Source: Eledone cirrhosa (taxonomy: Eukaryota). Taken from it: a stretch of 64,000 nt of DNA. Below the pieces are notes generated by a model. That model did no database searches and was not told the DNA's origin. It worked only from the letters and a program-made list of their open reading frames with translations. A program made the translations under genes and the position numbers. This document shows positions 25,347-36,149 of the stretch, in pieces. Numbering within the stretch: position 1 is the first letter of the stretch; each line of letters begins with the position of its first letter. The DNA is taken from the NCBI GenBank assembly GCA_964016885.1, contig OZ024743.1, positions 331,700,001 through 331,764,000 on the forward strand, read 5' to 3'.

Positions 25347-25580
25347 TTATTAAAAATGTTAGCTATCGCCGTATTTTGACTAAAGAAATTAAAGAAATTA
25401 TTTAGCCTGATATTGGGGTTAAGAACCCTCGGAGAAATGGAAAAAGATGAGTATTGACGTACATGTACGTCAATACTCATCTTTTTCCATTTCTCCGAGA
25501 GTTCTTAACCCCAATATCAGGCTAAATAATTTCTTTAATTTCTTTAGTCAAAATACGGCGATAGCTAACATTTCTAATAA
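25347..25580. repeat. 234-bp spacerless palindrome
   Basis: Centre GACGTACA|TGTACGTC at 25463/25464; 117-bp arms with two mismatches seen. Confidence 0.95.
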
Positions 25581-25596
25581 GATATATATATATTTG

Positions 25597-25644
<48 letters not shown>

Positions 25645-25752
25645 TGTATGTATGTATATATATATATATATATGTTTGTATGTATATATATATATATATA
25701 TATGTTTGTATGTATGTATATATATATATATATATATATGTTTGTATGTAGA

Positions 25753-26723
25753 TATCATCATCATCATCATCATCGTTTAACGTCCATCTTCCACGCTAGC
25801 ATGGGTTTGGACGGGAATTTTCCCACTTGAGGCAAGATTGTTTGTCTTGCTCGTATAGGACTGTCTGGTAGGTTTTCTACGGCTGGATGCCCTTCCTAAC
25901 ACCAACCACGTTTACAGTGTGGACTGGGAGGTTTTTACTGTGTTACCTACACGACCACATTACAGCGTGGACCATGTGTTTTTTTGTCGTGACACCTACA
26001 CGCACTTATTTGTTTAGGACTGGATGTTGTGGTACCAACATAGCTTTACATTGGAAGGGTGGTGTGGATGGGGTGGGGGTTGTGGAGCCGGGGGTGTATT
26101 TTTGTTAAAGGTGCCTACTGACTGTAGGTTTCGCTTTATACTTAGGCAAGGCGGGTCTTCTGTATTACTGTGTATCACCAAAGATGTCGGTCCAGTGATA
26201 TTGTCTTGGAGAGGTGTAAGTGTGTGAGGTTGGAATTTAGCAAGTTGTCCCAGGTTTTTCTGGGTCTGCCTACTCCGTGGCTACTGTCTATTTTTATCGC
26301 CCTGCATTTTTTTATACAGCTGTCGTTTTTCATGCGCATCACGTGACCGTACCAACGTAGTCTTCTCTCGAGTAAACAACATCTGATCCCTCTTATTCCT
26401 AATTTCTCCCTTAGTTCGTTTATGCTTTGCCGTTCACGTATATTACTATTACACATCCAGCGGAACATGCATGCTTCGTTCCTCTCTAGTCTGCGTATAT
26501 CCTCTGCACACAATGCCCAGGTCTCACGGCCATGCAACATTGCTGTTCCTATACAGGCATCATACAGCCTGCCTTTCATTTTTAGTGAGAACCCTTTAGC
26601 GGCTAATAGTGGTATAAGCTCTCTGAACTTTTTCCATCCCGCTCTGACATCTAGATCAATTCGCTCTCTGATTAGTTGCACTATTACTTTTTCAGTGACC
26701 TTCATGACCTGGTCGATTAATTT
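25753..26723 (-). mobile_element. RTE LINE copy with a large internal deletion
   Basis: ORF 26175-26705 fuses ...IRERIDLD to VRAGWKKFREL, skipping the RT core. Confidence 0.92.
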
Positions 26724-26860
26724 AAGATTCGATTAATCCTGATATACAGGCTGAAATGAGAAGGCTCAACAAAGACTGGCATATAGGTTCAACTATGATT
26801 GACACACAGAATCACAGAGGTGTAACTAATACTTTTAAGCTCAACAAAGACTGAAATACA

Positions 26861-27395
26861 GATAAACGAACTAAGGAAAAAATTAGAAATAAGAGGGATC
26901 AGATGTTGTTTACTCGAGAGAAGGCTACGTTGGTATGGTCACGTGATGCGCATGAAAGACGATAGCTGTATAACAAAGTGCAGGGCAATAAAGATAGACA
27001 GTAGCCACGGAATAGGCAGACCCAGAAAGACCTGGGACGAGCTGATAAATTCCGACCTCACACACTTACACCTCACCAAGACAATGTCACTGGACCAAGA
27101 CCTTTGGCGGTACTCAGTAATAGAGAAGACCCGCCTTACCTAAATACAAAGTAAAACCTACTACAGTCAGTAGGCATCTCTAACAAAATACACCCCCATC
27201 CCACCACACGGTAAAAACCTCCCAGCCCCACACTGTAAATGTGGTTGGTGTTAGGAAGGGCATCCAGCTGGAGAAAACCCGCCAGATAGTCCTATGCGAG
27301 CAAGATAATCACTCTTGCCTCAAGTGGGAAAACCCCCGTCCAAACCCATGCAAGCATGGAACACGGACGTTAAACGTTGATGATGATAATGATGA
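26861..27395 (+). mobile_element. RTE LINE 3' fragment inside a ~23-bp CAACTAAGACTGACATACAGGCT minisatellite (26725-26860, 27400-27710)
   Basis: ORF 26943-27143 is the RTE C-terminus; 3' UTR and (GAT)n tail. Confidence 0.9.
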
Positions 27396-27784
27396 CAAAC
27401 AGAATCTAAGACAGACTCAACTAAGACTTGCATACAGGCTCAACTATGAACTAAGACTGACACGCAGGTTCAACTAAGACTGACACAGAATTACATACAG
27501 GCTCAACTAAGACATATAACCAAGCTCAACTAATACTGGTACACAGGCTCGATTAAGACTGAAATTCAGTCTTAACTAAGATTGACATACAGGCTCAACT
27601 AAGACATACTACCAAGCTCAACTAATACTGGTACACAGGCTCAACTAAGACTGAAATTCAGACTTAACTAAGACTGACATATAGGCCAACTAAGACTGAC
27701 ACAGACTTAATGCAGTCACTAATAAAAATAGATATCATATGTCATAATAATGGATGTGTGTGCTTGTATGAATGTGTATATAAA

Positions 27785-27819
27785 TGAAAGCCCATGGCTT
27801 AATATTTAGCAGACGTAAA

Positions 27820-27858
<39 letters not shown>

Positions 27859-28110
27859 TTTGACTCACAATCGTAAGGTCATGAGTTTGATTCCAGGTGG
27901 CACATTGTGTTCTAGAGCAAGACATTTGATTCTTCATTGCCCAGTCCACTCAGTTGGTAATAATTAGTTGTACCTCTAATTCAAACAATCATCTTCCTGA
28001 GAAATATAATAAGGTTTGTGGAACCCTCAGTCATTTTCACATCAATTTCAAGAGCAGGCTGCTCCATTGATCAAAGAACCGGATCACTTGTCATTGGAAC
28101 TGACAACAAC
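27785..28110 (+). mobile_element. Degenerate tRNA-derived SINE (third family); related pieces at ~33755-34090 (+), 50140-50230 and 50860-51030 (-)
   Basis: TGGCTTAA..GAGTTTGATTCC head, GAGCAAGACA centre, AATTTCAAGAGCAGGCTGCTCCATTGATC domain. Confidence 0.6.
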
Positions 28111-28640
28111 AATACAACAACAATAGTATGTCTCTTTGGAAACTGAAGAAACAGTGAAAGAAAAAAATGGAACCTGAGGAGAGAGAGAGAGCGAGGGGGG
28201 CATACATTATTATGGTATTACAGAGAGAAAGAGCGAGGGTAGAGGAGAGGGGGGAATAAGAATGACATGTTTCTGTAGAGAGAGAGACAGACAGAGCAGA
28301 GCAGATACTCTGCCAGGAGAGGTGAAGAAGGGAAAGAGAAAGAACGGAGAGCTGTTATTAGTGACAGACATACAGAAAGACACTGACTAGGTGACATATT
28401 GTATCACATGATTACAGACAACACATCACATGACCAACAGACCATATGAGAAAACAATATTCTTTTGTTTGCCATTTATATTGTTTATCACGATGTATCA
28501 TACAACCCCCATATTTTGGTGTTATTAACCCCTTACATTTTCATATTTCTAATGAAAGACACTTCCTGTAATTTACAAATGGTTTTGAAAATAATGAAGC
28601 ATCTGGCGGGATTTAATAATATAACTAACCTTCTCATTAT

Positions 28641-28828
28641 TGTGGATTGGCATTATCGGTAGAGGGTCGGACGCCATGCTTTGACGCATAGTTACAGCCC
28701 TTGCCATTCTGAGTTTGAATCCTGCCGAGGTTAACTTTGCCTTTCATCCTTACGGGGTCGATAAAATAAAGTACCAGTAATACACAGGGTAATTGCTGGC
28801 CTTGTGCCAAACGTAGAAACAATTATTA
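28641..28828 (+). mobile_element. SINE family B inserted in a TTAA-MITE fragment (28526-28640)
   Basis: Consensus match. Confidence 0.85.
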
Positions 28829-29089
28829 ACACAGGGTCAGACTTTCACCTGCTAAGGCTCTATGTTATGTGAAATTTGAGGACCTTCTCTAAAAATATAT
28901 AATTATTATTAATATTAATGATAAAGTATAATATATATATAAAATTTTTGAATGGCTTAGTGTTAAAAAATAAAAACTAATGATAAAATAAACATTCACC
29001 CCTCCTTTGGCCATGATCCTCCCCCCCCCCCATGCGCCTCCCACATCATAATACTCCACCCATGTCCTAACCCCCACTTAAGTTCCCAG

Positions 29090-29465
29090 CCCACACTATT
29101 AAGTGGTCGTGTAGATGACACAACAAAAAGCATATAGCCAACACTGTAAAATGGTCATGTAGGTGTCATGACCAAAAGCAACTAGTCCACACTGTAAAGT
29201 GGTCCTATTGGTGTCACAACAAAATCACCCAGTCCACATTGTAAAGTGGTTGTGTAGGTGTCATGATAAAATCTCCCAGCAAACACTAAATGTGGTTGGT
29301 GTTAGGAAGGGCAACCAATCATAGAAACCAAGCCCAAATTAGTTCTATATGAGCAAGACACAGTCACCTGAACTGGCTTGTCTCAAAACGAGACACCTCG
29401 TCTAACTCACGCTAGCGTGGAAAGATGGACATTAAACGGTGATGATGCTGATAATGATGATGACA
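29090..29465 (+). mobile_element. RTE-type 3' UTR with four to five tandem ~47-bp modules and (GAT)n tail
   Basis: Repeated CAGTCCACACTGTAAAGTGGTCGTGTAGGTGTCA..., then GGTTGGTGTTAGGAAGGGCA. Confidence 0.8.
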
Positions 29466-29508
29466 TATTCAATTCCCAAAACAACAAAATCTATCGATGT
29501 TAACTTAC

Positions 29509-29538
29509 CAGATTTCTGCCTTAAATGACTCAAAGAAC
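29509..29538 (-). CDS. Candidate 30-nt exon of the minus-strand gene
   Basis: TTTTTGTTTTGATTTCATATTCTCTTCAG | GTTCTTTGAGTCATTTAAGGCAGAAATCTG | GTAAGT; two open readings (FFESFKAEI or SLSHLRQKS). Confidence 0.55.
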
Positions 29539-29799
29539 CTGAAGAGAATATGAAATCAAAACAAAAACCGTACGCTCTATAGATTTCTCATCAGAGTAAA
29601 ACCAACTAAAGTCACCAACTAAAGTCACATTCTATTTTAAGAGAAATATAAAAATATTGAAATAGAGAATGATTACCGGAGATATAGGAAATGAGAAAGA
29701 GAAGAACATGATGGTGTGAAAAGAGAAGAACATAATACTTTGAAATGAGATTTACAGCAGAGAAAGAAAGAAAAGGGTTAGATAAGTGGTTAAATCGCG

Positions 29800-30185
29800 A
29801 TTACATGTGGCAGAAATGGGGTTCCTTTGACTGGTCTTTGGAGTAACATTACTCGATCGAGTGCATAGCTCAGAGAGTCACACCAGGTAGAGCTGCTACT
29901 TCTCGAAATTGAGAAATCACAGCTCCGATACTATGGACATATGGTTAGAATGCCACAGGAAAAAATCATTGGATAGATTTTATGAGCAAAACCAACTGGT
30001 AAGAGACCCATGGTTGGAATCTGAGCAAGATGATAGGATAACATCCATCAGCTTGGCTGGTCACACTTGGGGATCCAGGTGGATCAGTTGGAGACAGCTG
30101 CTTCTGACAGGACCTACTGGAAGAAATGTTTGAGGACTCTACCCACTCGATTCTCCCAGGAATAAGTGGGCAAAGAAGATGTCTT
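29800..30185 (+). mobile_element. Degenerate RTE (Expander-like) LINE 3' fragment; same family on the minus strand at 34225-34362, 45925-46270 and 54270-54720
   Basis: ELLLLEIEKSQLRYYGHMVRMPQE motif; shared terminus ...CTCAGGAATAAGTG/AGGC(GAA)n. Confidence 0.75.
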
Positions 30186-32344
30186 AATGGTGAATTAGCA
30201 GATTCATTAGAACATTGTATAAAATGCTTTGTGGTATTTGTTCTAGCTCTCTGCTCTCTTAGTTCAAATTCCGATGAGGTCAAATTCACCTTTCATCCTT
30301 TCAAGGTTGATAAAAAAAAGTACCAGTCTAGTACTGTGGTCGATTCTTCCTCTATATCTCTTTCTCATTTTCTATTCTTTTCTGGAAGAAATCTGCTCTA
30401 TTAGGCTTTAAGAATGTCTGAGAAACGCTGTAGGCCACTACAGTGCCCCTACAACTCCATCAGGAGTTACTATACCATGTAGATCAATACCTGGGAAATT
30501 AAATTTGGGAAACAAACACGCTGTATATTATATCCTTGAGCAAGACACTTTTTTCACATTGCTCCTGTTCACCCAGCTGAAGGAATGAGTTGTGATGTCA
30601 CAGGTGTCAAACTGTATATTGGCTTTGTCATTCATTTGGACAACATTGGTGGTGTGGAGTGGGGAGGTTGGTATGCATGGGAGACTGCTGGTCTTCCACA
30701 AAAACACTTTCACTGGTCTGGTGCCTCACAGGAGGATTTTCTAGATGTAAAACCCATGGCCACTTATGACCTTTACTCTTTGTGTGTGTATGTGTGTTTG
30801 TGGGTGTGTGAAGAAAATATGAAAGAACATGTTACATTTTTCTCACTCATTCTCAAGAAAGGTTTGGTAAAATTTTGTGAAGCCTAGGCTATCCTCCAGA
30901 TTGGAACACAGCTGATTAGCAAAAAGAGAGAGGGGAGAAAGAGAGAGAAAGAAAGATATCTTTAATGCAACAAGCTGGAACAAATACTAAATGCCAAGAT
31001 ATATTTAATCCAATGAACTGGAACAAATGCCGAGATATCTTTAATGCAGTTAGCTGGAACGAATGTCAAGATATATTTAATGTCCAATATACTATCTTAC
31101 ATCTATCAAATATAGGAATCGATCAACAAGATCCCAGGCCTCATTCACTTACAGAGTTGGGTGGAACTCATCAAATCAAACCAAGAAAACAATGTTTCCA
31201 TTAGTCTTTCCAGTTGCAACTACTAGCAGAAATAACGTGAAATAAAGTGTCTTCCTCAAGGACATAACACATAACCAAGACCGGGAATTGTTCTCAGATC
31301 CGCACGATTGCAAATCCAATTCTTTAACCACTAAGCCATGCATCATCACATCTATCATTAGTTAGATAGATATTATTCTTGGTTTTCGATTATTTTATCA
31401 CTAAATCTTTGGAAATTTATGCCAGGCACTTATAAATTAATATTAAGATAGATTATTTTGTCAATTCTTATAAACAATTTAATGTGTGTGCCTCAAGAAA
31501 CCAGAATATTAAAATTATTAACTGGTTGAATAGCCAATATCTAACACAATGCATACATAGATATATATATTTACATACACACATAGATTTATTTACATAG
31601 AAATATCACATAGAAATTTATCTATGTAGAACATGTGTGTTGTGTGTTGTGTGTGTTAACATGCACGCACACAAGCTTATTTACATGCATATATCACACA
31701 CGTGTACAGATATATACTCACATATACATATCAATATCACATACAAATATACATATGTACACATATATATATGTACACATACAGCATATACATGCACTTG
31801 CATGTGTTGTGTGTGTGTGTTAACATATATAGATAAGTTTGTTTACATACATATATACACATATATACACAATATATACAACACATAAACACTTGCATGT
31901 ATATGTGTATATTAACATACACACAAGTTTATTTACATGCATGTATGTATATATATACACACACACACATATATATATATACAAAAACACATAGGTTTAT
32001 TTACATACATATATGTACACACACATACATTCACCTAAGGCATATTTACTTATATATATATACCATATACATAAACTATGTATGCATATATATATATATA
32101 TACAAACACAACACAAACAACCACGCATATACACATAAACATACAAACATATTTACACACACATACAAATACTCATACACACACCCATTCACAAAGATAT
32201 CCGCATCCACCCACCTATATACACAAATCTATATATACACATACACATACATATATACACAGACACATACACACACATATTCATAGCCACACATACACAC
32301 ACACACATATATACATAGACACACACACACATATACATACATGG

Positions 32345-32383
<39 letters not shown>

Positions 32384-33009
32384 TACACACACGTTTACAT
32401 ATACAGAAAGAGAGAAAACGAAATCCCTACACAACATACACACATATATTTTCTATTTGGTTCCAAACATAAAAGATATATCATTAATTCTATCATTATT
32501 CTCTATCTTGTTCTATGAAAAATCTCTGTGGAATAAAAACTCTTTTTCTTTTTTTCTTGTTTCCCCCTCCCCCATCCTGCAAGTACAATGCAGCACCTGC
32601 TCGCTCCTGCAACTGCATGCAGTGTTAAACGCCAAAATGGTGTAACCTAAACCATTTATACAAAACATCACCACATTTAATGGTACACAAGCAGTAGGAA
32701 TTGGAACAGAAAGATCTACAACAGATTCTGTATTTTTCACTATTTTTCTTCATTTTTTTCCATTCTCCATTCTTTCATTTCTATTTTTCTATATTATCGC
32801 TTATTGGGGAGTGTGGGGGCTTAAAGAATTATTTCCATTTAAACGAAACAATTCAGAAACAACATTTTTTTTCTATCTATCTATCTCGCTTTTTTTTTTT
32901 ATCTTCGAACTTGAATAAATTCCTGCAGATTTCTTATGACATCTAACAAAGAACATAATCAGTCTTAGTTGAGCATTGCTACATGTTTCTAGTTTCCAAA
33001 CAAAAAGTG

Positions 33010-33650
33010 GCGTTGTTCAGATATATACAGCACTAGTTTGAAAGTAAAAGTGTGGTTTTGTTCAGATATATATATATACAGCACTAGTTTGACAGCAAAA
33101 ATGTGGTTTTGTTCAGATATATACAATATTAGTTTGAAAGTAGAAATGTGGTTTTGTTCAGATATATATAACCAACACTAGTTTGAAAGTAAAAATGTGG
33201 TTTTGTTCAGATAAATACAGCACTGGTTTGACAGCAAAAATGTGGTTTTGTTCAGATATATACAGCACTAGTTTGACAGCAAAAGTGTAGTTTTGTTCAG
33301 ATATATACAGCACTAGTTTGACAGCAAAAATGTTGTTTTGTTCAGATATATACAGCACTAGTTTGAAAGTAAAAATATGGTTTTGTTCAGATATATACAG
33401 CACTAGTTTGACAGCAAAAATGTTGTTTTGTTCAGATATATACAGCACTAGTTTGAAAGTAAAAATATGGTTTTGTTCAGATATATACAGCACTAGTTTG
33501 ACAGCAAAAATGTAGTTTTGTTCAGATATATACAGCACTAGTTTGACAGCAAAAATGTGGTTTTGTTCAGATATATACAGCACTAGTTTGACAGCAAAAA
33601 TGTTGTTTTGTTCAGATATATATATATATACAATGTTAGTTTGAAAGCAA
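33010..33650 (+). repeat. 45-bp minisatellite, ~14 copies
   Basis: Unit TTTTGTTCAGATATATACAGCACTAGTTTGACAGCAAAAATGTGG; ACAGC and AAAGT variants. Confidence 0.95.
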
Positions 33651-34119
33651 AATGAAAACCTAGTCGGAATAGAACCCGTACCTTCTTTGTTGATACTTTG
33701 CAGTTGTTGTTACCACTACACCATAAACATGCTAATATTTTCTGTCATTTGTGGATACAGCATGGCTGAATGGTTAACGTGTTTCTTTAGCAATCTTAAG
33801 GTCCCAGGTTCAGTCCCATTGTGTGACATCTTTAGAAGGTGTCATTCAGGTCACCCTATACTTGGGATTAAAATGGATAGGTAGAAACAGTTTGGAAGCC
33901 AATCAAGTGGTCCGCACCAGTAATTCAAAAGGCCTGCCTTGTCACACAATGTGTTAGGCTGAATTTCTCTGAAAATTATATTAAGGGTACACGTGTCTGT
34001 GGAATGCTCAGTCACTTACACTTTAATTTCACAAGCAGTTGTTCCATCAATTGCAAAACTGGAACACTCATTATCAAAACTGACAAAGGCCCATTCCAAC
34101 TGTTCATTTTACATCTAAA

Positions 34120-34700
34120 CATTAATCCTTTCATTACCATATTTCTAATGAAAGATACTATTTATGTCATTAACTCTTTCATTACCATATCTCTAATGTA
34201 AGACTCTGTCTATGTCATTAAGCCTTCTTCTTCGCCTACTTATTCCTGAGAGGGTCATGGAGGCAAAATCCTCAAATACGCCTTCCAGCCGATCCTGTCA
34301 GAAGCAACAGTCTCCAACTGATCTGGTTGGATCCCCAAGCGAGACCAACCAAGTTCATTAAGGCTTTCTTAATGTATTTCTAATGAAAGATACTACCTAC
34401 GTCATTAACCCTTTCATTACAATATTTCTAATAAAAGACACCACCTATGTAATCAATCCTTTCATTACCATATTTCTAATGAAAGACATTATCTATATCT
34501 TTCACCATTTCATTACCATATTTCTAATGAAAGACACGGCCTATATCTTTCACCATTTCATTACCATATTCCTAATGAAAGACATTATCTATAACTTTCA
34601 AATAATTTTGAAAATAATGAAATATTTGAAGAAATTTAGTAATATAAGAAACTTCCTCTTAATTAAGATGGTGTTTGAAACAACTTGGGAAAGGTTCATG
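34120..34700 (+). repeat. 48-bp tandem repeat of a TTAA-MITE left end, interrupted by an RTE 3' fragment
   Basis: Unit TTAACCCTTTCATTACCATATTTCTAATGAAAGACACTACCTATGTCA; runs into a MITE body similar to 28526-28640 and 58445-58660. Confidence 0.8.
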
Positions 34701-34734
34701 CATTAAATTATGTGGTGTGTAGCAGAGATGGGTG

Positions 34735-35285
34735 GAAGGAGGTAGTACCCTCTTCTACCCTGGAGTACCACCACAGCCCTGGAAAGATGTGGTACACTAT
34801 TCCACCCTGCAGTGCCACCACAGTCCTGGAGAGATGTGGTACCCTGCTCCACCCTGCAACACCCCCACAATCCTAGAGAGATGTGGTACCCTGCTCCACC
34901 CTGCAACACCCCTACAACCCTGGGGAGAGGTGGTACTCTGCTCCACCCTGCAACACCCCCCACAACCCAGGGGAGAGGTGGTACCCTGCTCCATCTTGCA
35001 GCACCCCCCACAATCCTGGGGAGAGGTATTACCCGGCTCCACCCTGCAACACCCCCCCCCCCCCCCACAACCCTGGGGAGAGGTGGTACCCTGCTCCACT
35101 CTGCAGTACCCTCCACAACCATGGGGAGAGGTGGTACCCTGCTCCAACCTGCAGTAACCCCACAACCCTGGGGAGAGGTGGTACCCTGCTCCACCCTGCA
35201 GCACCCCCATAACCTTAGAAGGAGGTGGTACACAACCCCCACAACCTTGGAGGGGGGTGGTACACAGCTCCACCCTACTGTACCT
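34735..35285 (+). repeat. GC-rich ~46-50-bp minisatellite
   Basis: Unit GTGGTACCCTGCTCCACCCTGCAACACCCCCACAACCCTGGGGAGAG. Confidence 0.92.
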
Positions 35286-35459
35286 CAGGTGATGATGATG
35301 ATGATGGTTGTAGTCTTGATGATGGTTGTGGTGTGGATGGTGTTAGTGATAATGGTGCTAGTGGTGGTGGTGGTGGTTGTGGAGGTGATAATGGTGGTGG
35401 TGTTGATGGTTGTGGGTATGATGATGATGGTGGTAATGGTGATAATATAGAAACTCAAC

Positions 35460-36028
35460 ACTGTACTAACTACCTATAAGTACTAACTACGACTGTATAC
35501 TAATGTACCCATCAGTATTAACTACTAAGCTATATTAGCTACCACCACACTATACTAACTACCAATCTACTACACTAAAGTAGCCATCAGTACTAACTAC
35601 CAATCTATACTAAACTACCAATCTACTATACAAAACTACTTCTCTATATTAAACTACTAATCTATATTAACTACCAATCTACTATATAAAACTACCAATC
35701 AGTACTAACCTATACTAAATTACCACTATACTAACTACCAATCTACTATACTAAATTACCAATTAGTACTAAGTACTAAACTACCACTCTATACTAACTA
35801 CCAATCTACTATACTAAATTACCAATCAGTACTAAGTACTAACCTATACTAATCTACCACTCTATACTAATCTATTGTATACTAACTACCAGTCTACTCT
35901 ACTAAAGTACCAATAAGTAGTAACTACCAATCTTCTATACAAAAATATCACTCTATACTAACTACCAATCTTTTCTACTAAACTACTAAGCTATACTAAA
36001 TAACACTCTATACTAACTACCAATCGAC
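35460..36028 (+). repeat. Degenerate left part of the ACTA-rich satellite
   Basis: CTATACTAA/CTACCAAT subunits. Confidence 0.85.
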
Positions 36029-36149
36029 TGGGCGAAAGAACTGATAAAGGGCGAAAGAACTCATAAGAGTCAATGGCCATCCAAAAATGTGTAAATATGT
36101 GTATACACATGTACATATGTATGTGTATGTATATACGTGTGTATATGCC

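Noticed and set aside
33158-33583. Repeat-protein ORF (VLYISEQNHIFAVKL)n
   Set aside because: Translation of a 45-bp minisatellite; the frame is broken by TA expansions in flanking units
34703-35479. Cys/Gly/Pro-rich keratin-like ORFs (also 55033-55530)
   Set aside because: Minisatellite or trinucleotide repeats with variable unit length that shifts frame
36030-36070. Tandem GGGCGAAAGAACTGATAAA resembling a hammerhead core
   Set aside because: CUGAUAA lacks the essential G8, and stems I and II cannot be formed
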